A stretch of DNA of 64,000 nt from Guillardia theta CCMP2712 (Eukaryota; Protista; Cryptophyta), in contig NW_005434644.1 in assembly GCF_000315625.1 (NCBI RefSeq), positions 574,998 through 638,997 of the forward strand. Reading direction: 5' to 3'. Shown one piece after another: positions 37,121-48,807 of the stretch (its first letter is position 1; every line of letters starts with the position of its first letter). The position numbers and the translations under genes are program-made. The notes under the pieces were generated by a model. It ran no database searches and had not been told where the DNA came from. It was given only the letters and a program-made list of their open reading frames with translations.

Positions 37121-37366
37121 TCAGGCCAAGAAAGGTCCAACTGTAAACTTCTCAACGCATTTCACCCTGTTTGTCAAGTACGCAAACTGGTCCACACAAT
37201 AATCGATCCGCTGCTTGTTCTTGTAGATGTTCGCCCAAGTGTTCGCCGAGGCGCCGATAGGAGGAATCCAACCGGCAGGAGGGCCCGGGATGACAGTGTA
37301 CGGGCCCTGCACCTCAGCTGACACTGTCTCTAGCTCCGAGAAGTGATGCCTCAGATTCTCAAACAT
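37121..37366 (-). CDS. 81-aa orphan protein
   Basis: MFENLRHHFSELETVSAEVQGPYTVIPGPPAGWIPPIGASANTWANIYKNKQ...; coding-like codon use; acceptor-like CAG just upstream of the ATG. Confidence 0.5.
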   Translation of the reverse strand: MFENLRHHFSELETVSAEVQGPYTVIPGPPAGWIPPIGASANTWANIYKNKQRIDYCVDQFAYLTNRVKCVEKFTVGPFLA

Positions 37367-38094
37367 GCTGGAACAACCTGCCGAAACGAGTCAGGATGCT
37401 GCCAAGACACAAAATGCATAGAGCAGTAGACACTGTTCCGCGCAACACGAGCGCGATTATGTTACTTTCTAAGATGATTTAAACCATAAATTTTGATTGA
37501 TACACAACACGCAAGCGCTTTGTACGAAATCAACCGCTGTCCTTGTGGAATTTGCTGCCCCGTGCATATCAATAAAAAATACTCAATTCACATTGATCTC
37601 CAATCCAGCAACAACCTGAACTCATGTGTTTTGAACGCAGTATATAATGAACATAAACATCTTTCAGGCATCACACACGTAAAAAATCCTGGAAAACTGT
37701 TGAGAGTTTCCATCACACATCTAATGTTTCATTGATTGTAAGTCAGAAATCATTATGAAAAGTAGATCTGAACCAAACGTGGACATTCATGCCTCGATCT
37801 GTCCCCCTTTTCTCTCTCTCCCTCTTTCTCTCAATCGCGATGGCGTGCCTATTCGCTGTGACTCAAGCAGGGGCTACCTTCCTCTCTCCCTCCCTCTTTG
37901 TTCTGATGGATCTGATGCCCACATGCATCCTGATCTTTCTTTCTCACTCTCATGGTGTTTCAGTCTTCTCCTCATCCTCGGATTTCTCTCCCTCTTTCTC
38001 TCGCACAAGTCCTCCACGCTCGTACTAATGCATAACTTCCTTTCACCGCATTTAGCTACAGCAGTTACATGTCCGTTATTTTTCTATGCGCCCT

Positions 38095-38420
38095 GAGCGG
38101 CGAGGCCCCAAGCCCCCGCCAGCCCGGGCCCGGTCAGCCGGATGCCCGGGCCGCCACGGTACCGTTCGCCCCCGCCGTGAACAAACATGATGTTTGTGTT
38201 CACGATTTCAAAGTTTACTCCTGACACTACCGTTCTGTACCACGGTATGATCGGCACTGTAATCTAGGTCAAATTGAATATTCGGGCGGCTCCTGCCCAG
38301 ACTACTAGAATGGTTCCGACTCGGAACTTGATAACTTCCGAGGCAGGGCGGCAAGCGCGAGACCGCCGGCGCAGCAAGACGCCGCCGAACCGTTGAACGG
38401 CCGGAAATTTCAGGAAGCTT
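38095..38420. other. GC-rich CCGG island
   Basis: cccgggcccgg, ccggcggc words; small aacaaacatgatgtttgtgtt hairpin. Confidence 0.5.
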
Positions 38421-38429
38421 GCCGTCAGA

Positions 38430-41414
38430 TCAAAGAAGCCCGTCAATAATAAGGGATCGATGTTCGCTGGCTATTCCTAGCTCCTCCAACCTAAATTTCG
38501 ATCAGTGGAGGACCTCGTGGAAACACTGTCAAGTCAGCACCTGCTCTCATCCATTTCGCTCAGCTTTGCTCCATCCAATGACTCACGTCGAAACAGATCA
38601 ATGTACATGAGGAGACCTTTGGAGGTCAGTGCCTCACATACCTAATTATGATGTCAGAGCACTAAATCACTGCAGGCAGGCGATACACCTCTTCCAGCGT
38701 CATCTCCCGCAGTGAAGTTTCCCTCAGAGTCTCCGCTTGTGCAGGAAAGTCGTCAGAGTCTCCAATGTCAGCACTCCCAGCCCCTCGAGACGTTGAAGCC
38801 ACCAGCCTACAAATCGCAATCAGACCATTCATACTCGCCTGTTCACTAAGGATGTCAAACCTTTCGGCTCCTCCATATCTATCCAGCTCAAGATGCAGCA
38901 GTTGCACTTGCAGCGCGAGCTTATCACGAATGTCTTTGAGTTTTGAACGTCCATCATGCCTTGAGCCACCGTCACATGCGCCGCCGCTTCCATGTGGTTC
39001 TGGCTCTCCATTCGCTGGGCCTGCTGTACATGGAGCCTCGGCACTAGACGTGTACATCTCATCAAGCGCATTATGCAGCTCTTCCATTTCAGTCAAGCCT
39101 TGATCAAGCTGCAGCAACATGAATCCGTAAGCACAGACAGTTCAAGTTACCTGCATCGCAACACTACGAAGTGATCGGAACATTTCCGTGGATTGTTCAG
39201 CAGAACTAAAAACATGATGAGAGAAGCATCGTTCAAAAACAGTTGCAAAACTACCGGCCGACATCGAAAGCAGCACTGTTTGCACCTCGGATGAAATCGT
39301 TCGCCATGGGCACTGGCCTAGCACCGCTTGACTGGGGAGGAGCACTTGCCATTCCAGCAACCGCTGCACCGCAAGGGGCAACTTCGTCATCTCTTTGGTG
39401 GGCATTGTCATCAGCCTTTCCATTAACCGGACTTGCTCTCGGCGATAATCTGTGTGCTGTTGGCGACGGGGGATTGTGGACTACATTGTGTTCTTGTCTC
39501 CATGCATGAGCATCTTCCCACAATTTTTGAAGTGTAGTGTCCGTGTCAAGCCCAACCCTGGGTTGGACTTCTGTCGTCGATACATAAGAAGAGAAGATTA
39601 TAGTGCAAGCATGTCTGCAGGGCAAATTGTCTGCCCACTGTCCCTCAAGCATCACGCCATCTGGCCATGTCCAAACTCCATTTCCATGTTTCAAGTTGTT
39701 CTTGTATTCCCCATTGTATTTCCTTCCATCAGGCCAAGTATAAACCTTGTAATGAAAATCAATAATGCTTTCAGCAAATGACACACATTTACCCCATGTC
39801 CATGCATCTTGTCTTTGAGATAATATCCTTCATATCTCCTTCCGTCCGCGTGGGTCAAAATACCAAAGCCAGTGCACTTGCTTTGCACCCACGCCCCACG
39901 GTATACACGACCATCACCCCATGCCATGTAGCCCTGGCCAGTTTGCATGCCATCCAAGTATTCGCCTTTCAATCACATTCACAACTTTGAAATTCTTAGA
40001 TTCAATCGTTTTCGCACCTTTGTACATCGAACCATCCGGCCATGTATGCAAACCATGGCCATTCTTCTTATTGTCCTTGTACTCACCATCGTATTTTGCC
40101 CCATTGGCCCATGTGTAAATACCATGACCCTGCGCAGAATTTTCAATCCTCAACCTGGGCCTTTCAGATGCAATACCTGCATCTTGTCGTTGACATACTC
40201 TCCTGCATATCGTCTTCCATCCTTGTGCGTCAAAATGCCAAAACCGGTGCATTTGCTGTTGACCCAGTATCCTTCGTAACGCCTTCCATCTGCCCAAGTC
40301 ATCAAGCCATAACCGGTCTGTACTGAATCCACGTATTCTCCTTCGTATCTATGAAAACCACGTATCAATAATTCTTCCAAAGTCTCATGAATCCAAGCTG
40401 CACCTTGCGCCACTTGGCCAAGTCTGCACACCACGGCCATTCTTCTTGTCTTCTCTGTATTCACCTTCATAGCGTGCTCCTTCTGCCCAATAGTACACTG
40501 AAACGAGAATCAGGATATTATCCAACCCAATCACGCTTTACCCCCTTTGCCATGCATCTTGTCAAGCTTATACTCGCCCTGTACAATCAGATTACTTCCG
40601 TTTACAAGCAAACAAAGCAAGTTCTTTACCACGTATCTTCTTCCATCTTTGTATGTAAGGACACCCCTACCATTACATCTGTTTTCAAACCATTCCCCAT
40701 CGTATCTCCTTCCATCCGCCCAAACCATGAACCCTCGGCCAGTCATCATGTCTTCTACCCATTCTCCCTCATATCTATGATGCCGTCATTTGCATCTACC
40801 ATCTTTCACAATGCAAATGAGACACTCACCGGCTCCCGTCACCCCACGTCTTGACATGATATCCATTTTTGGCCTGATAGTGTGCTCCTGTATGTGGAGC
40901 TGGGACGGGATTGGCCATCCTCCCAGGAAAATTGATGTAGCGACGTCAAGCCCGTAAGATACTGGCCTCCAATCCTGTAAACGTGTTCGTTATGCCTTGT
41001 ACGACACGCCATACACATCATGGAATGTTGGCAAAGAATAACAGAACAAAAATGCAGTGCTACACCCATCATTCACGCAAAATCTAATTCAGTTCCAAAA
41101 GATGCTACTGCTTGCTGCTGAAAGTGCTTGGGGTCAAGGTTGTGCATTGAAAAGTTTTAAAAATACGAGTGCAGCAGGGTTCTGTTCAAGATAGGCACAC
41201 TACTCACGTGGATTCGATAAGGGAGGGGAAAAAATATTCTTGCTTGCTCGTTATACATACGTATGAATTCTACCAACTATTATTGATCCACTTCCCTGAC
41301 TTACATGTCCTGAAACCCTCAACTACCCTCCAAGAACATTCAACGACATAGCAGACAAACACAAACACTCATGCCTGTCAAGAAACCTTCACTCATACGA
41401 TCCATGCTCCATGA
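38430..41414 (-). CDS. MORN-repeat protein with C-terminal coiled coil and SAM domain
   Basis: About 12-13 YxGEW/Y...GxG..xW.DG units; C-terminus LREMTLEEVCEALTSKGLLMYIDLFRRESLDGAKLSEMDESRLEELGI (SAM); start uncertain. Confidence 0.85.
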
Positions 41415-41959
41415 GAATCTTCACGACCAATCACGACCTCTCAGATCTCTCTCTTCCTCTCAACTCTCTTCTCAGCATTTATCCAGCCTCCCTTCCCATC
41501 GTTCTCGGCATCAGCTTGGCTAGCCTAAGACGCTGTCCTAGGAAGCGAAGAAAGCCTAGCGCCCTACACCCTGGTCATATTAGTTTATAAAGTTGGTACT
41601 TGGATAATATAAGTTTTAGATTCCTGGCACTTTCAAAGCAATCTTGGGGCGTTGAACAGAAACTTTTTATAGAAGATACAAAATTGGCTGGGCTAAAATG
41701 AAATCTGGAGTCCATTATGTCAGATTTCACCTGACCCTTTCTGTCGTAGTCTCATCAGCATGTAAATAAGTCTACTACTCTTAAAATATTTTTGACAGTA
41801 CAATCTAAACAGCGATGTCCCTCTCAAAATTTCCTTCAAAATACACTTTTGTTTTAAAAATTGTTATTAACTGTTGGCTTACTGCCGCAGCTTCTAAACT
41901 GCTTGTAAAACATTGAAATTAAAAGTTCAAATTTCATTTCACAAGATCGGTTTTCTCAA

Positions 41960-42620
41960 GTTCAGACGGTCACTGGCTTTACGGTCGCCGTCTCAGTCCG
42001 AAGTTCACCATCACTGAGTGCAGTTCCGGGGCCGCGGCAGCCCGGCGCCGCGGCCCGGGCCCGGGCCGTGCCGTGGCCATCCGCCGATGATGATCGCCGG
42101 GATGATGCCGACCGTGCTGCAGTGCGCAGCCGCCGGCACGGTCGGCGGCCGGTCGCGCGCGGCGTGACTCTGGCATCAGATTGGCAAGCCGCGGCCCTTT
42201 CAAAGCAAGTTCGAACTTCGGAAAGCCTGCCGGGCGGCAACTTGGCGGAAGTTCCGTGGCCCATGGCAGGCCGCTCAGACAACTGACCCGCGCCGCATAA
42301 TGATTAGCAGATTTATTATCAAAACATGCCAGCAGTCACTTTGAAGAGTCTCAGTCCCGGTCAGGCTGATCAAAGGCGAGAGTCGGAGACCATTTGCGAT
42401 GAACGGCGAAAGCGGCTGTCAACAGCCTCAACATGCACGTCAACATGAGTCTGCAATATTTCGTCCGCAGCTGATGCATACGGGCGGCGGCAGGGACAGC
42501 AGTGACATCATTGCACTGTCCCGGCGTGATCGGACCAACTTGGGGCCATGCATTGATAGTCACTGAGGCGCCGCCAAGACAACGTTCGGCCGCATTTGTC
42601 TCAAATCAGTGGCCGCAGCA
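41960..42620. other. GC-rich CCGG island preceded by an AT-rich block (41570-41960)
   Basis: gcggcccgggcccgggccg, ccggcgccgcgg and similar words; no credible ORF. Confidence 0.55.
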
Positions 42621-42657
42621 ATCATGAGCTTTTCTCAGTGATCACCCATACGATCTA

Positions 42658-44804
42658 CTAAGCTTCCTGAATCCCACGTATCATGTGCTTCACTCCTTGC
42701 CAGTTGAAACTGGGGAAGAATTTGGGAGGAAGAAAAGGCAGGCAAGCTTGTAGACGTTTCCTCGAATGCGGACAGAAGACACGCCCCACCTGAGAAATGC
42801 AAATAAATGAGAGAGCTCTCGATGACCCTCGATCCTTACTCTATTTGGTTCCACAGCAATCCCTTCTCCACGATGGTACAGTCAGCCTCTGGCAGTGGGA
42901 CCTGAAAGGAAAGAGCTGAGGAAGGAAATACTGGCAAAGGAAGCTCGACCCCAGCCTCTTGGATCACAGCTTTACTGGTGGTTCTTGGTTTGAGACATTC
43001 GGCAAAGCGGTAAGTCGCCTGCGACACAGCAATCATGTCGGGAATGCAAAGAAGAATAGCTCCGCACAGGTTGTCCTTGAACATGATTTTCAAGCGAAAG
43101 CTCATATCGTTTGCGATCCCTGATCCGAGAGCAGTTAGGCCCTCATAGAAAGAGATGCACAAGCACCCCACTCGCTTTCATTTTACCTGGTCTCAGCGTA
43201 CATTGACTGTGTCTGCAACCGAACTGATGTCCAATACTGAAATTGAGGAGGGAGGTTTCAATAATGACCAGGGGAAACATAGCTCAAGCCTAATATCAAA
43301 TCTGCATACCTTTGCATCTGGCGATCTGTCTGCTACCACGGACAATGAATATTTGAATGCAGGTTCATTGCCTACCACGAGGGTCATGACATCTTCGTCA
43401 ACTCTAAGTGACTTACTCAAGCTGAAAATGACACGAGCTTCAGAAAAAGCGTTGTGACTCTTGATGGAATATCTTTCCAATCGAACAGGGCGAAGAACCT
43501 AGAAGGCAGGAGCACATCACTTTTATATGAAGAAAGATAGGTGATCCCAAGTCGGCCTCACCACGTGCGTCAATTTGGCTTCATCCTCTGTCGTTTTGCA
43601 GATTGCACTCCCCTCCAATCTCATCGAAAGGCCTATTTATACGACAAAATGTAACATCTTGAGAACAAGACAAGAGATATTTTGCACCTTTATGCTCATA
43701 GCCCGTCAGTGATCTGGACTTCAAACTATTCCTCATACTGCTCGTATAAACCGACTGCCCTTCCAAAATTCGCATGATCATGACCTACCCATAAAATTTA
43801 GATCGACATGCCATGTTAGTTTCCCCAATCTTTACAGGTACTCACCAGAACAGAAAACTTCGGTGGTTCAGCAGTAGGAGTGATTATTCCTGAGTGCACA
43901 GCAATGGCAACAAGGTCTGAATCGTCCGTGTAGGGCTCGTTGCCCCAAATTCTGCGTTCCTTGATACCCAAGTTGTCCTGCGTTCAAAATTCAAAACAAA
44001 GACAAAAAAGAAACGAAGGGATAGTTTTCATGGGTATGAAAGAATGAAAAAAATAAGAACAATGTAATATTCACAAGGATGACAACCTGAGTGATATGCT
44101 TCGCTTCAATCTCGCAACGAACGAGATCCCCAGCTTTGAACCCACTGAGAGATTTGCCAGCAGTGTACTGCACTTTTTCCAGATCTGTTGAGAGAAACAT
44201 ATTACAAACATCCCTCTGGATTCCTTGGCTTCAGAAATCATAAGAACTATATACAATCCGCGCGTGCGTCTTGCTAGGAAAGGCACAAAAGGAGCTGGGG
44301 TGTGGGTGGGTGAGTCGGAGGCGGATCTTCTCAGCAACAGAAAAACAAGGTAAAATCCAAATAGGAATCGAGTAATATCAAGCAAGAGAGACTGCAAGGG
44401 CACTGCAAAGCAATCCCGCAAAGATTTCCACAACTATAACTCCTATTTGTACAATGTAACAACAAACACTTACTGTCAATCTGGAGTTTTGGCGCCTCTG
44501 GCCCAACTCCTCCAGCAGCTCCTTGCGTGGCGACAGAGAGAGCTGTATCTCCTGTTGCAGTCTCAATGCCCTCCATCTTGCTATCCACCTCTCCAGCTGC
44601 AGCAAAAGGGAAGAGTTAGGGCATCGTAAAGCACCGCCTACATCAAGGACAGAAATGCAGTAGAGGGACAAAAAATAGATGAGCAGGGGCGAGAACGCAA
44701 CAAAGCGCCAAGACAAGTCATCCAGGTCCGATTTCCCAACCATCTTCGCCGGAATCCGTTACTTTGCTCCCATTCTCAGTCTTGGATTTCTTCTTCGGCG
44801 CCAT
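42658..44804 (-). CDS. Rxt3-domain nuclear protein (histone deacetylase complex-associated family)
   Basis: MAPKKKSK NLS; ERRIWGNEPYTDDSDLVAIAVHSG and RILEGQSVYTSSMRNSLKSRS match the Rxt3 signature; further conserved-looking C-terminal block NEPAFKYSLSVVADR. Confidence 0.75.
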
Positions 44805-45009
44805 GATGTGCTGCGGCCAGTTACGAAATGTTTCCCAGGACTTCAAATAATTCTCCTAATTTTCAATTTTTATTCAAATTTTTGACACAGTTCCAAAGCT
44901 AAAAAGCCCCTCAAATTTGAGATCCTTTCTGTAATTGTTGGGTTCAGTTTCGATATAAGATACCAAGTTTCAAATTTACACAAATAATCATAAATCTTTA
45001 CTTAATGAA

Positions 45010-45432
45010 TGGGCATGGGGTGGGGTAATGTCTCCAGGGGTAGCATCATTGGATGCCCCTGGAAACATTACCCTACCCCATTCGAATCCTCAGAGAAGAC
45101 AGGGGTGCGTATATCATAGAGTCCTGGGGTTCAGGTGTACTTCGAAAAAGGGTAGGGTATCAGATGATGAGGGTGGGTAGTGCCACAAGCATTCATTCAC
45201 TCTCCAGCGCATGCTTGCCTTGAAAGGGGGTGGGTATCTTATAGAAGGGGTACTAAAATTTCATCACAGGACTTTGTTACAAAATATGGGGTCACTTTAA
45301 CCCATGATGACCAATACAAAGTACCGGTGATATATTACCCCCACCCCAAATATTTGGAGATTACCCCTGCTGATCCCCTTTTGTCCAGTGCGTCCTACCA
45401 CCTACCCCTGGCACACATATAACGATCCCCCT
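45010..45432. promoter_or_regulatory. GGGT-to-ACCC cluster with ~30-bp-stem hairpin; candidate bidirectional promoter
   Basis: Between divergent ATGs at 44804 and 45440; inverted repeat 45015-45081. Confidence 0.45.
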
Positions 45433-45439
45433 TGGAATC

Positions 45440-47447
45440 ATGCTGAAGCGATGCGCTCGCGACGAGATGCCGGTGGAGCTGAGTGAGCCCGTGGCCCCCA
45501 AGGCCCTCGAGCAATCGAAGACCATAGTCGAGGATGTGAAGTCAAGAGGGGAAGCGGCTGTTCGTCACTGGGCAGAGAAGTTCAACGAGGTCAAAGAGGG
45601 CGAGAGCCTCGTGGCTGACAAGGACGAGCTCAAGGCCGCCTACGATACTCTTTCCATTGATCAGCAGGGCGTTCTTACCCGCGTGGTGCGATACTGCCTT
45701 GATTGGAACCCCGAAGTTCTAATCTTCTTGTGAAAGGCCGACAGAATCCAAAAGTTTGCCGTCGCTCAGAGGGCTAGTATTCAAGACACCGAAGTTGTGA
45801 TCCCGGGCGGAAAGGTCTGCATTCCCTTGTCTCCGCATGGTGGAAGTGAATTTTTCACTTCCTTGCAGGCGGGACAGCTAGTAAGCGCAGTCGAGAATGC
45901 AGGATGCTATGCGCCAGGAGGACGCTACCCGCTGCCCTCCAGTGTTCTCATGACGGCTGTCACTGCAAGGGCTGCCGGAGTGAAGAACGTGTGGGTTGCG
46001 AGCCCTCATCCTGACCAGGTGCAGTGAATTTTTGATGTGTGTGATGGTTTCTGATGAAGGCATGAAGGTCACCAAGGCAGCTGCTCACGTTGCTGGAGCC
46101 GATGGAATGCTCAAGGTTAATTTGCAATGGTTGTGGTATTTCTGCATTTTAATCTTCAACATAGGTGGGAGGAGCTCAAGCCATAGCAGCCTTAGCGCAG
46201 GTAGAGGATGTAACTACATTGTACTTGCTCTAAGATGCTCTATGAAGGGAATAGGCAAAATACCGGCTTGCAACATCATCGTGGGTCCTGGAAATCAGTG
46301 GGTTACAGCTGCGAAATCGCTCGTACAAGGACAGGTTGTATTCTTTGTGAAAATACCAGAGCGATGGTAATAGAATTTGAATGGGTCAGTGTGCGATCGA
46401 CATGCTTGCTGGACCATCCGAAGTGCTGGTTATTGCGGATGAGACTGCAGATCCCAAAACAGTACTGTCGCGTTGCAACTCTTCCGCTGGTTACTCTAGT
46501 CCAGGTTGCAGCTGATCTCCTCGCACAAGCTGAGCACGATGTGGAGTGGGTGGAAATCATTGCCATGCTCTTGTCTTATGCATCTTCAGATCACGGCCGA
46601 TCCTTATCACCACTCACGAGCCATTGCTCACTGCAGTGAACAGTGAGCTCAAAGTACAGGTATGAGATGAGCAGATTCGAATATAAGGTTGTGATTTTAT
46701 GTAATTAGCTTGATGACCTTCCTTCGCCCAACTGTGATACAGCAAAGCAAGCTGTTGCAAAAGGGTCAGAGAGGCGCTCTGTTGTTCGACTCAATTGAGC
46801 CCCCGAGCAGATTTTGTGTTGTCACGAAGTCAATGGACGAAGCCATCGAAATCAGCGACCAGATTGCCCCTGAGCATTTGGAGATTATGACAGCCGACGC
46901 CATGCAGGCAAGTTTTTTCCAGCTTGTAACGATTGCTGTTACATTCTCTGTTTTGCAGGTCGGTATGAAATGTAACAACTATGGCGGACTTTTCATCGGT
47001 CGATATGCTGCTGAGGTGGAGATTTCAAAAATTCTTCACGTCTCGTGATAGAGATGTCAGGTGTTGGGTGACTACGGGTGCGGTCCCAATCACGTTCTTC
47101 CTACTGGTGGAACCGCAAAGTGATTCCGATATCATCTCGCCCCGGTCATGCGAAATACTGACGTGATGGCATATAGGTATACTGGAGGATTGAGCGTGCA
47201 CACATTCCTCCGCATCAGGACTTGGATGCGTGTTGACAGTCAGGAACAGAACCAGCCGGTATGTTCACGGATCGCATACAGTGTTGTTGTCAGGCACTGA
47301 ACGAAATATGTGCAGGTGGTACAAGATTCAATTGCACTTGGTATTGCGGCAGGTCAACACTTTTGAAATGTTCTGACCTGGTTTGGTGCAGCACGCATGG
47401 AGGGATTGGAAGGACATGCTAGGGCTGCCGAAGTCAGGAAGCTATGA
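45440..47447 (+). CDS. hisD: Histidinol dehydrogenase
   Basis: [112 protein letters not shown]. Confidence 0.95.
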
Positions 47448-47661
47448 GATCTTCAACGAAGACCATGCCCTCAATTTTGATGACCCCATGGAGTGTAGGA
47501 ACATTAGAATTGACACAGCAAGGAATTCTTTTTCGGTTTCCGTTTACTGAATCGACCGAAACAATTCTTTTCACGACCCCTAGCAGCGGCAACAGGACAC
47601 AACAGCAAGATAATAACGAGACTTACCCGTGAAGGCTTGCAGGAACATAAGCCCCGTTGAG

Positions 47662-48155
47662 TTAGCATTCTTGTCCAGGACAAGTTGCCATTTGCATATC
47701 TGTGCTGTGACGATAGTCTCCACCTCCCTCACTTACAGCTCCGACCGAGGTCGTCTTCGCCAACGTTCGAGCGGTGAAGGGACTGGCCCTTAAGGCTGGC
47801 ACTCTCTGCCGCAGTGTCCGGGGACTTTCCCCAGAGGATGAAATCGGCCGTGAAAACACTCCGATGAGTTTGTTACCTCCGTAGCAAATCGTCCCACAAC
47901 CTGTGAGAGCGGAAAGAAGGAGAGAGCAAACATCAGCATTTTCGCAATACAGGATGACAGCACGACGACACAGACATCGACAACATGCTGCTAGGGAATC
48001 GTTTCAAGCTTCTTGTTTCGATGGCTCAAGATTTAGAGCCTTGTGTCCATAAGGTGCATCACAGCCGTAGCTCAGCATTTGTTTTGGCGTCACCAGCAAA
48101 GCTTCAGCCGTCAAATAAAGTTGAATGGGTAAAAACCCAAGCAACCCTGCAACAT
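47662..48155 (-). CDS. Small Cys-containing orphan protein (tentative splicing)
   Basis: MLQ|ALLVTPKQMLSYGCDAPYGHK... with short introns; probable end ...GRSYMQMATCPGQEC-TAA. Confidence 0.35.
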
Positions 48156-48807
48156 CCGAATGTCAGTGCTCCGGAACAGAGGAAGAAAGAGCAAGAGGAC
48201 GATGAGGGAGGCAGGTGAGATAGCAGGGGGCCGATGGGGAAGATTCATCAACACTGAAGGGAAAGGTGACAGGGGAGGAGGAGAGACACATGGATAGAGG
48301 AGGGGGAGGGGAGGGGAGGGGAGTGAAGCACAATGTTCATGGGATAATTGTCGCACCATAGGACACAAGTTGCTCGTGCGTGTCGAGGGTCGGAACTAAA
48401 TAGGCAATCAAAAATAAATTTAATAATAAATATATTTATCAAATCACATATAATGTTGTAAAACTGATGTTTCGACACAAAAATGCTACCAATTTGTAGA
48501 GGTAAAATATTTTCCCTTCAGTCGCCACAAATGGACTTTTTATTATTCAAATATTGATATCAATTCCTGAAATTCTGATAATTTCATTGCAAATATATTG
48601 GCACACTCCGAAATTGGAACAGTACCGAAATACAAAGTAATAGCCTCCATCAATAGAACTGGATAGTACATGAACTTATAAAGTTTTTTATGTATTTTAA
48701 AAAAAGATTAAGTTTTACAGTGTGGGAGGACGCTGAGGCGAACTCACATTTATTACTTCTTTTATTTTTGTTCTCCAGCACATACAAAAGAAAGGTCTTC
48801 GGCTACC

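Noticed and set aside
2038-44804. MSI/RbAp48 and Rxt3 genes as an HDAC-complex cluster
   Set aside because: 40 kb and many unrelated genes apart; chance co-occurrence is sufficient
34226-45440. One HIS4 gene with an 11-kb intron containing nested genes
   Set aside because: HisIE has an in-frame stop, HisD has its own ATG and upstream motif array, no frame-compatible donor/acceptor pair was found, and introns here are nearly all short
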